This document shows, one piece after another, positions 29,176 to 37,142 of a stretch of 64,000 nucleotides of DNA. The stretch is from an uncultured virus (IMG/VR IMGVR_UViG_3300020044_008989). Lineage: Duplodnaviria; Heunggongvirae; Uroviricota; Caudoviricetes. Position numbers and translations under genes: made by a program. The stretch covers positions 64,001-128,000 of the IMG/VR virus record IMGVR_UViG_3300020044_008989. One strand, 5' to 3'. Below the pieces are notes generated by a model. The model did no database searches, was not told where the DNA came from, and saw nothing but the letters and a program-made list of their open reading frames with translations. Positions within the stretch are counted from its first letter, which is position 1; each line of letters begins with the position of its first letter.

Positions 29176-29388
29176 ATGAACGAAATCATTGCAGACACAC
29201 CCGACAAAATCGCCTTTTTCAAGCTCTGCTCCCTGCGTGGGGCGCTCCGATTGGAAGCGGCAGGAATGAAATCACGCGGGAAATCCGCCACTAGCATAGC
29301 CAAATCCCTAGGCTACAAAGGAAAAACCGCTGCTGATTTGTATTATGCTGTCAACGCCAAAATCCGAGAGCTTAACCCTATCGACTAA
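29176..29388 (+). CDS. small phage protein (LRGALRLEAAGMKSRG type)
   Basis: Recognisable motif; own promoter. Confidence 0.65.
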   Translation: MNEIIADTPDKIAFFKLCSLRGALRLEAAGMKSRGKSATSIAKSLGYKGKTAADLYYAVNAKIRELNPID

Positions 29389-29445
29389 TCCATCGCCCTA
29401 GTGGGGAAAGTCTCCTCACTAGGGAATTTTCGGGCGATATTTTTG

Positions 29446-29585
29446 TTGACTTATTCTCTAGGACGTGGTAACTTGTTATGGTCCCCAAGTCTAAAAACCA
29501 TAAAAGTCCAGATTCCCTTAGAATTCTCGGTCTGGCGTCTCGTGCTTCCGTGCATATAACATAGAGAGGGCTGAACAATAGTCAA
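29446..29585. other. micro-transcript unit 5 (+ strand, ATGGTCCCCAAGTCTAAAA) facing a - strand promoter
   Basis: + TTGACT(29446)..TAACTT, ATG 29478; - TTGACT(29585)..TATGTT. Confidence 0.55.
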
Positions 29586-29673
29586 ACTATTTCTATTATT
29601 AATTTTGAGAAAAAACTTTTGGCGCGGCAATAAATAATTGTTGATTATAGGGGCGCATGGGTTAGAGTGATAC

Positions 29674-29886
29674 ATGAAAGAAAAATTCACTTTTGAAGTC
29701 ACGGACACGTTCGGCGGTGATGCGAACTACCGCTGGGTACGCAGGCATGAGATTGAAGCTAAATCCCTGCATGGCGCGCTTTGCATTCTTTCGCGCATCG
29801 AAGGGCTGAATTTTCGCTCCGTTGGGTGTGATCGCTATGATGCGCGGGGCGCTTGCATTTGCGCTTTCTTGATAGAGGAATATTAA
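29674..29886 (+). CDS. small phage protein (EVTDTFGG.ANY.WVRR type)
   Basis: Recognisable motif. Confidence 0.7.
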   Translation: MKEKFTFEVTDTFGGDANYRWVRRHEIEAKSLHGALCILSRIEGLNFRSVGCDRYDARGACICAFLIEEY

Positions 29887-29928
29887 AATAAAACTTGCGT
29901 GCCAATAAATTCTCTGGTATAGTCTCCT

Positions 29929-30285
29929 ATGAACAAAATCACCCTCGCCTATCTCGTTTGCGCTCTTTGGTCATCCACACAAGATGATGGTTCGCCTTTC
30001 GATGATGATTATGGAGTTGACGATTTTCACCCTGATTCTGTAGAAAAAGCAGCGGGCGAAATAAGTGATTTTCTTAGTCTGTTGGAGGCCGAAAATATCC
30101 TATGGGAGGAAGAAATGTCTGAGGAAAGTTTCGGTCATGATTTTTGGCTTACTAGGAATCGTCATGGCGCGGGATTCTGGGACAGAGGCTTGGGAGACCT
30201 AGGGAAAAAGCTTACCGATTGGGCACACTCCTATGGTTCGTCGGATGTTTACTTAGGCGATGATGGGAAAGTGCATTTGTCCTAG
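29929..30285 (+). CDS. phage protein (GHDFWLTRN.HGAGFWDR type)
   Basis: Recognisable motif; promoter at 29894. Confidence 0.75.
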   Translation: MNKITLAYLVCALWSSTQDDGSPFDDDYGVDDFHPDSVEKAAGEISDFLSLLEAENILWEEEMSEESFGHDFWLTRNRHGAGFWDRGLGDLGKKLTDWAHSYGSSDVYLGDDGKVHLS

Positions 30286-30349
30286 CGGAAAGTAAATAAT
30301 TGCAATTAAAAGTTGCGCGCCAGTTTTCTCTGTGCTATCTTGTCAGGCC

Positions 30350-30595
30350 ATGAACGAAAAAATCTTTTCCATCCTCTCCAATATGTTTCCAGGTTTGCCA
30401 GTCGAAAAAGCAATCGGAGAAAATGCCAAGCAAGTACGTTTTCTTACTGATACGCATGAATGCAGCATTACCGTTTTCGAGCCTAGGAATAATACTGAAG
30501 ACAAAGACTTAGCCACTCAGAAGAATTATTCTAGGAATGATAATGATATTGTCTGGCTTGGCAACGTAAGATTTTCCGCCACCAATCGCATTTAA
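30350..30595 (+). CDS. hypothetical protein
   Basis: Promoter near 30314; ATG 30350. Confidence 0.6.
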   Translation: MNEKIFSILSNMFPGLPVEKAIGENAKQVRFLTDTHECSITVFEPRNNTEDKDLATQKNYSRNDNDIVWLGNVRFSATNRI

Positions 30596-30612
30596 CCCGT
30601 CAAATACCCTAT

Positions 30613-30879
30613 ATGAAATCCCTATCCCTCCGCTATCGTGTTTTCTCTGTCTCCTACGTCCCCGCGACAAATACTCGCCCATGTAGGGTAAAAATTAAAG
30701 ACTGCCGCCGAAATGTCTCTAGGATTATCAACTATGGCGCAAATAATAATCCAGGGGAGGATTTGGAAATAACAGCGCGCAAATACTTGCTTTCCCTAGG
30801 CATCGAGTGTCAGGCGCTAGGGATGTGTGAGAGGGATTTTTTCCTGCTGTCTGAGGATTTCATGACCCCCCTCTCCTAA
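30613..30879 (+). CDS. hypothetical phage protein
   Basis: YVPATNTRPCRVKIKD motif. Confidence 0.65.
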   Translation: MKSLSLRYRVFSVSYVPATNTRPCRVKIKDCRRNVSRIINYGANNNPGEDLEITARKYLLSLGIECQALGMCERDFFLLSEDFMTPLS

Positions 30880-31007
30880 CGAGTGACTAGGTGGCTCCCC
30901 TATAGAGGTTCTTAGGGGCGGGCTCTCGTTTGTGAGAATAATTATTTTTTATTCTTCGCCAAAAGATGTTTTTTCGTTTGAAGGGTGAAAATTTATCTGG
31001 TATATTG

Positions 31008-31185
31008 AGAGCGGAAAGAGACGCGAGCGGGATAACAAGTACCCGCAAGATCGGCAAGCCTCTTGTCCCTGCCCACATATGGCCTTGATCTCGCGTAGCG
31101 AGTTAGCCAGACCGCTAGCAAGATCACGCCTTTTTAAAGGCGTTGCAATCCGCGCCCATCACTAACGAGGGGCGCGGATAAACAA
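31008..31185 (+). ncRNA. structured RNA or long leader behind a sigma70 promoter
   Basis: TTGAAG..TATATT not followed by ATG; helices ACGCGAG/CTCGCGT, GCGGG/CCCGC, ACGCCTT/AAGGCGT, ATCCGCGCCC/GGGCGCGGAT. Confidence 0.55.
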
Positions 31186-31200
31186 CGTAATTTTAAGATC

Positions 31201-31407
31201 ATGACAAAAAAAGAAATCAGACAAACGGTTCAAGATGAGATTGCACTCGAAAAAGCTGAATTCCAAGCAGCACGCGCAGAGTTCTATCATGAGTTTTCCA
31301 TGCATGGCGGGGATGGACCTTGGAACAACTATGGCGAAGATGAACCGCAAGAAAAGTACGTCCCCCGTCCCGCAGTTTACGCCAGCCCATCAAATTCGCC
31401 CTTTTAG
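31201..31407 (+). CDS. hypothetical protein
   Basis: ORF followed by a hairpin at 31417-31445. Confidence 0.6.
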   Translation: MTKKEIRQTVQDEIALEKAEFQAARAEFYHEFSMHGGDGPWNNYGEDEPQEKYVPRPAVYASPSNSPF

Positions 31408-31486
31408 CTTTCCCGCCCTGCCTAGCGCTTCATGCGTTAGGCAGTGGGGAGCGCTAATGCTCCATTAACAACTAAAAACAAAAGAC

Positions 31487-31846
31487 ATGAACCTAACCCA
31501 ATCCGATAAGCTAGCCATCCAAACAATCCTTTCCGCAGGCCATGAGGAAAGCGCGGAATCGTTCGAGCCGCTCGAAAGCAGCCCGCGTTTCGATTATTCT
31601 GCTATTCGTGATCGAATAAACGGTTACGCGCCCCCTGCCCCCCGTAACTATGCGCCAGCATACGAAGCGGAAGAATCCCCAGACATTGGAGAGGATGAAG
31701 GGGATGAAGAGCTTGAAAGCCTCCTGCGCTCCTTTGCTCGCGACAAGCAAGGGCGCGAAGTCTCGCCCGATTTCCTCCCTTCCATGCGTAACCGTGGCGC
31801 TATTCGTGCCGAGCTTTCCAGCATGGGTGTGTCGTGGGGCGAGTAA
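31487..31846 (+). CDS. hypothetical acidic protein
   Basis: 119-aa ORF with an A-rich leader. Confidence 0.6.
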   Translation: MNLTQSDKLAIQTILSAGHEESAESFEPLESSPRFDYSAIRDRINGYAPPAPRNYAPAYEAEESPDIGEDEGDEELESLLRSFARDKQGREVSPDFLPSMRNRGAIRAELSSMGVSWGE

Positions 31847-32468
31847 GTATTCCACCTATGATCACACTACTCTTTATCCTTATTATCTTAGGGGCCATTA
31901 TCCTATGATTAACGAGTTCCTTTCTATCCTCTCTAATGCCTCCCCCTATGAGTTAACCCTCATAGGGGGGGCAGTCCTTTCCCTAGTTACCCTCCAGTTC
32001 ACCTAGTATGCCATCAATCTTTTCCCTACTGCATAGGGATTCATGGGGTTTCCGCCTATGCGATACCGTAGGCGAGGCCCATTACCTCCTGAGTCGAATG
32101 ACTAGGGAGGGCTGGTCAGAGGATAGGTACTCTGACTACTATACGCACGAAAGACACGAGTGGTTGCGCGCTCGCATCTAAGGACCATCACATGCCCGCT
32201 AGGCGATTCCCCTAGCCTAGCGGGTCAACGTTAGGGGATTTTACCTATGGAATACCTACTCGCCTCACTGATCGCTTCCCTACTTCATGAGGGCGCGCCC
32301 TTGCCAGTGGCTACGGCCACCGCTTATTACGAGCTAGGGTTTGACATGGCGATTGCCTAGTCACTGCCTCGCCTATGGGGCGCGCATCGCCTCTGATGCG
32401 CGCCCTCCCTTCCATCGTTTGCCTAGTGCCTCACCTGCATGAAGTAGGGGCGGCACTATCACCAGACT

Positions 32469-32684
32469 ATGAAACCATCTTGTCCCTACGGGACGTACCA
32501 ACGTGCCATTAGTGGCCTTCACTTAAGCCAGATCACCCCGCGCTTACTAGTTAGGCGTATTCACGCTAGGCTAAACGGCCCTGCGCGCAAGCTTCACAAG
32601 TTCAGGGAAGCGAGGCATTCCCTTATCAGGGGGGCATTCGAACACCTAGAGGAGGACAAGCAAACGTTTAGGATGTGCTCCTAA
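32469..32684 (+). CDS. small basic protein
   Basis: 71-aa Arg-rich ORF. Confidence 0.5.
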   Translation: MKPSCPYGTYQRAISGLHLSQITPRLLVRRIHARLNGPARKLHKFREARHSLIRGAFEHLEEDKQTFRMCS

Positions 32685-33195
32685 CCCATCATCATATTAC
32701 CTATGAACGACCTATACCAAGACGACTTCGCTTCTAGTGATCTCCCCTCATGCTGGTACGATTACTACCTAGACATGAGGACTAAGCAGTACTGTACCCA
32801 CTCAGAGGCTTACCTAGCCACTAAGCAGGAGATGGAGTACGCCCACTTGCTTAGCTCTATGGGCATCCCCTAGGGGATGCGACCCCTCTATAGGATAGAT
32901 ACCTATCAGGGGATTAGGGCTGGACTAGGTAGGATGACTAAGAGGGTGGCCATTTCCTTAAAAGATTGACCTAGGTAAAACGCCTATGGCGGCGGGGGGT
33001 AGTCTTTATACTTCTCCCGAATTATTTTCGTAGAATGGCTGTGTCGATCTTTATGTTGCCCTACAGTCTATCTACTCTCTTATACCCCCCCCCCAATAAC
33101 AAAAACAATTAGAAAAGTCTGAAATAAAAACCACAAGCGTTTCTAAAAAAATACGCGGCGGTTATTTTCCAGGATGACTTTCTCAAATCTGAGAA

Positions 33196-33650
33196 TTACA
33201 AATCCACAACTCTGCCCAACGGCCCAAAACATTCATGGAATCCTTCCTTATTAACTCCCCAATAAACAACACAACAAGCCATCGGCGCTCCTTTCGGGTC
33301 TTCCTTTCCGTCAATCCAGAATTTGAGCCGCGAATCTTTTAAGAAACAAATGGCGGCGGCAGTTTCCCATATCTTGTAAAAGTGTCTGGTGTTCGTGGCT
33401 ACGGGGATTAACAGTAAAATTTCGTTATTGCGGCGCGAAAAAGTTTCGACGGCTTTGTTCACCCAATTAAGGAGAGAAGTCCTGTCTTCTGGGTTTCTAC
33501 CATAGGGCGGATTACAAAAGATTTTCCCAAACCAGTCTTAAGTTAATCCATGAGGAGGGCCAAAAGAAACATGTGCCCCAACCATCGAATGTCCATTAGA
33601 ACAAGGGTCTAAATCAATACGCCCAAACAATTTATTTGCGGCGGCAATAA
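33196..33650 (-). pseudogene. phage Dam-type DNA N6-adenine methyltransferase, disrupted
   Basis: Frame reads IDLDPCSN...GLT*DWFGKIFCNPPYGR...LLIPVATNTRHF; in-frame TAA at 33540-33538; no N-terminal start. Confidence 0.8.
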
Positions 33651-33652
33651 TT

Positions 33653-34105
33653 TTAAAACTCAAACCTCTTATATTCCCCAGTTAAAACCCAGTGCTCCAT
33701 ATCAAAGCACGCAACACGATTATTATATCTTTGGTAAAAACCCTTATTAACGTTGTCGCCAATCCAAACCGCAAGCGGGCGAAGTTGCCCTTCGTCATTT
33801 AGCGCCGCCTCTAACAATTTAGACGCAACGCCCTTCCTTCTTTCTTGTGGATCGACAAAAATTCCGAAATCTGCATAAACATCATATCTATAGAGCAAAT
33901 CTTGAACCATGGCCCACCCCAAAATTTTTCCGCCGCTCTGCTCTATATATATATCACAAAGAAAATCATTCTTCTTGTATTTATTTGCCGCAAGCCAACA
34001 AACCTCAAGATACATTGCCAAGTAGCCACGGGTTGGTTCGTGGCATAATTTTTTAAGGCGCGAAAAAGTTTTGCGGTCCAGGTTGTAAATTGATACTTTT
34101 TTCAT
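33653..34105 (-). CDS. GNAT-family acetyltransferase
   Basis: IFVDPQERRKGVASKLL (motif A) and NKGFYQ. Confidence 0.75.
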   Translation of the reverse strand: MKKVSIYNLDRKTFSRLKKLCHEPTRGYLAMYLEVCWLAANKYKKNDFLCDIYIEQSGGKILGWAMVQDLLYRYDVYADFGIFVDPQERRKGVASKLLEAALNDEGQLRPLAVWIGDNVNKGFYQRYNNRVACFDMEHWVLTGEYKRFEF

Positions 34106-34116
34106 AATCGTTCAAC

Positions 34117-34341
34117 CTACAAAATAATTGTTTGCGCCGCGAGTTTTTGTTTTAGTTCTTGTATTTCTTTTTCCATCTTCCACATATCGCAATACGAAGC
34201 GTGCCCATGAGGAATTTCGCCGCCGTACAATTTACATTCGCCCGTTAAATCGGCTAACCAACTGCCGTCTTGTTTAAAAATAGCCTTCATGAAAGAAAGC
34301 CGTTCTTTAAGGTTATCTTTGATTGGTGGTTGTTTGGTCAT
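34117..34341 (-). CDS. hypothetical protein
   Basis: Start moved to MTKQPP. Confidence 0.5.
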   Translation of the reverse strand: MTKQPPIKDNLKERLSFMKAIFKQDGSWLADLTGECKLYGGEIPHGHASYCDMWKMEKEIQELKQKLAAQTIIL

Positions 34342-34519
34342 GTTTTTTCTTTTGGCGGGCGATATATTTGTCGTTTGGATAATAAAACGTGCAACCACAT
34401 TGTCCAGCGTTTTTATGGGACGAATCGTGGCACCATCCCGCATTTTGATAGTGGTCCTTGGGATAATGGCCGCAATTACATTTTACGCGGGCAAATTTTT
34501 TATTGGCGGCGAATTTCAT
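34313..34519 (-). CDS. small Cys/His-rich protein
   Basis: CNCGHYPKDH...WC...CGCTFY. Confidence 0.55.
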   Translation of the reverse strand: MKFAANKKFARVKCNCGHYPKDHYQNAGWCHDSSHKNAGQCGCTFYYPNDKYIARQKKKHDQTTTNQR

Positions 34520-34673
34520 TTTTCCTCACAAGAGATTACATATTCAGGCCACTCGTCCAATTCAAACGAGTCTAGAATCTTGCCGTTTCGTTGTCTCGCG
34601 TCTTCCTCAGACGCGGCTTCAATTTCATATAGGGCGATTGAGCTTCTTTTTTCTTTTACGATGTAGATCATAA

Positions 34674-34880
34674 TTATTCTTCGGGGTTAAAGTCTTTCCA
34701 GCCAGTGCCGTCATCTATTTGAAACTCCACAGAAAGTTCTTCTTCGCCGCCTCCGCCGCCATAAAGAAATTCCCCTGTTTCATCTGAGACAAAAAGATAA
34801 TGGCTTTTAATGTCATCCATTAGATCGTTCTCGTGATGAGTATATTCCCTAATTACTGTGTAGATTTCTCGAATTTTCAT
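34674..34880 (-). CDS. hypothetical protein
   Basis: Coupled ORF, start MKIRE. Confidence 0.55.
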   Translation of the reverse strand: MKIREIYTVIREYTHHENDLMDDIKSHYLFVSDETGEFLYGGGGGEEELSVEFQIDDGTGWKDFNPEE

Positions 34881-34881
34881 T

Positions 34882-35379
34882 TTAGGCTTTTGGGAAAAAT
34901 GTTCGCCCGTCTCTTTGCCACAAGATGTTTGCCTGATAAAGCTCTGGGGAGTTTTCTCCATGTCTTTCTGCTATTTCCTTGAACCAGCCAAGCATATAGT
35001 CAAACTTCTTGATCTTCAACTTAACCCTACCCGCATCGTCAGTTTTAATCAACCCTTCTTTATCGCGCACAACAACTAATCTGTAGAGTTCCCTGTCCAA
35101 CAGCGCCTCCCGTTGAAGTTCATTCATAGCGTTAAACGCATCGCGGTCAATAACAATCTCAGCATCAAGCGCCCCTTTTACGCGGCTTCTTAAATTGGAG
35201 ATTTTAATGTTGGCGGCAGAAGGGTAGCCGTTTGTTTTGACGGGAAATCCGCCCTTGTCGTCAAAGGCGAAGATTGTGTCAACGGTAGCGTCTGCTTCTA
35301 CAAGTTCGGGGTGATTGGCGGTGATTAGTTTCGTGATTGTTTCGGAGATTGATGATGGGGTGATGTCGAATGAGGGCAT
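34882..35379 (-). CDS. putative phage metallopeptidase-family protein with degenerate HExxH
   Basis: DAEIVIDRDAF..MNELQREALLDRELYRL...GRVKLK...EIAERHG. Confidence 0.6.
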   Translation of the reverse strand: MPSFDITPSSISETITKLITANHPELVEADATVDTIFAFDDKGGFPVKTNGYPSAANIKISNLRSRVKGALDAEIVIDRDAFNAMNELQREALLDRELYRLVVVRDKEGLIKTDDAGRVKLKIKKFDYMLGWFKEIAERHGENSPELYQANILWQRDGRTFFPKA

Positions 35380-35678
35380 GGTGTATTTGGGGGTTTGGGG
35401 ATTAACTTGCGAGTTTAGTTTGTTAAGAGTTAACTGGAGAAAGTTTTGCGCCCCAATTGAAATCGTCATAAAATTTATTTGTCACTGGAACTACTGACAT
35501 ATCTACTCCCATTTGAGATAAAAAATATCCAGCCAAAAACGGCCCAATCTCTGGGGTGAGTCCGTTAAATTCGTATTGTTCTGCGTGCGCTACCGAATAT
35601 GCGTTAATAGCGAAGTCTAGTGTTGTCATGTATTTATATGTTGCTGTTTAGTGGGTTATTTATCAAAGGTTGTTCGGA

Positions 35679-36122
35679 TTAATGGGTGTAAGCTCCCGAC
35701 ACCCCTTGTTCATTAAAAACTATTACCATTGCTCCGTTAACCTCGTATGGTAGGGTTGTCAAGTTTTTGCACATGAATTTTTTGTCTTTGTATGGGTCGT
35801 AAGTTATTTTAGCGGGGAGGCCGCGTTTATCTGCCGCCGTTGTTCCCATCCCTCCTCTTGGGGAGACAATACCAACGATGTAGGCGTGGACGTTTTTGCG
35901 TTTATCTTTCAAAACTTTTTCGCGGCCAGAATTTCTTACCACACACTCGCAATCGTGAAGCATAATCTGGTTCGTATAACCCACGACCAATCCGCCTTGG
36001 CCGATTGAGTATTTTTTGTCTTTGCCGCCATGTAGGTTTCTGTAAACTTTTACTGGCTTGTCGAGATTTATTTCGCGGCCAAGGCGGGGGATGAAGTTAT
36101 TGTCGAGTCCTATGTTTGTCAT
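35679..36122 (-). CDS. conserved phage protein (VYRNLH...RKNVHA type)
   Basis: VKVYRNLH, GREKVLKDKRKNVHAYIVG, ITYDPYK. Confidence 0.75.
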   Translation of the reverse strand: MTNIGLDNNFIPRLGREINLDKPVKVYRNLHGGKDKKYSIGQGGLVVGYTNQIMLHDCECVVRNSGREKVLKDKRKNVHAYIVGIVSPRGGMGTTAADKRGLPAKITYDPYKDKKFMCKNLTTLPYEVNGAMVIVFNEQGVSGAYTH

Positions 36123-36349
36123 TTATTAAATTCTTCAATGTTCAAAAGCAAGAATGCTTGTTTACAGCACTTCTCCGTGATTCCTAGTTTGGAAAAGAAA
36201 GTGGCCAAATGCATTTCCCCTCCAGAAATTCCAACGCATCCATCATACCAGCCGCCGATTTTTAGCCAGTTGGCGGATTTGACGTAGGTGATGTCGATGC
36301 CAGAACGGTCTGCGTCCTCTGGTAGGTAGAGTGTTTTGGGTTTTGCCAT
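36119..36349 (-). CDS. hypothetical protein
   Basis: 4-bp overlap with the next gene. Confidence 0.6.
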   Translation of the reverse strand: MAKPKTLYLPEDADRSGIDITYVKSANWLKIGGWYDGCVGISGGEMHLATFFSKLGITEKCCKQAFLLLNIEEFNK

Positions 36350-36365
36350 GAGTTAGTTTATCTCT

Positions 36366-37142
36366 TTAATGAAGATTGTCAAGGTGTTTCCAGCTTTGTC
36401 TTAATTTTATTTTACAGGCCGTTGATTTTGTTATCCCATATTTTTGCGAAATCTCCCTTAGAGATAGTTTTGAGTTTATTATTTCGATAACTTGGTTGCT
36501 TGTTAATTTTGCCGTAAAATTTTTCTCGCCACATAAAATAGTCCCATGCTTAAATTTATCTAATTCATTTGATATATGGGTGTCCCATCTTAAATTATTC
36601 AGGTTATTATTTAAAGAATTACCATCGTTGTGACACGCTTCCATGCCATCTGGACATTGACCCAGATATGCCAATAAAACCAATCTATGCACATAAAATC
36701 TCTTTGGGCCATTTTTATTTCTTAACTTAACTATTTGCCTATTATCAGCAACACAAGTTGGAAGTCTTTTCCACTTTTCTCTGAGATAGCTCTTTTTTAA
36801 AGAAAAAACATCTCCCCTTGTTGAAACAAAGTACCCTCTGTACTCTGGAACATTTTCAATGAAATCCTCATCGTAAACGAGCCATTTTAGATTATTTATT
36901 TTATAATTTCTATTATCACCATCAATAAATTCTATGCCATAGCAGTTTTTCGGTTTAAGCGAAAATGCAAGTAGGAAAACCTCCGCCAATTCAAATATAA
37001 TTGATTTTGATACCCTTAAACATTCTAAGCCATCGGCCCTAATATAAGAAAACGGTCTTTCTTTTGTTGTGGTTGAAATGATATTACCCATATCACTTAC
37101 CATGAATTTACCGACATTACTTTTGATCCAATTTTCGCTCAT
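36366..37142 (-). CDS. HNH homing endonuclease
   Basis: VHRLVLLAYLG..ACHNDGNSLNNNLNNLRW...N; C-terminal HTH (AKLTSNQV...ISQKYGI). Confidence 0.85.
   Translation of the reverse strand: MSENWIKSNVGKFMVSDMGNIISTTTKERPFSYIRADGLECLRVSKSIIFELAEVFLLAFSLKPKNCYGIEFIDGDNRNYKINNLKWLVYDEDFIENVPEYRGYFVSTRGDVFSLKKSYLREKWKRLPTCVADNRQIVKLRNKNGPKRFYVHRLVLLAYLGQCPDGMEACHNDGNSLNNNLNNLRWDTHISNELDKFKHGTILCGEKNFTAKLTSNQVIEIINSKLSLREISQKYGITKSTACKIKLRQSWKHLDNLH

Larger units (their letters stand above)
1..33000 (+). other. Phage early/host-takeover region: array of small ORFs, most with an individual sigma70-type promoter
   Basis: Dense co-oriented 50-300 aa ORFs; recurring TTG(ACA/CGC)-N16-17-TAnnnT-N5-7-ATG. 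Confidence 0.85.

Noticed and set aside
33538-33540. Stop-codon reassignment
   Set aside because: TAA, TAG and TGA all terminate well-packed genes elsewhere, long genes are uninterrupted in the standard code, and no suppressor tRNA is seen.
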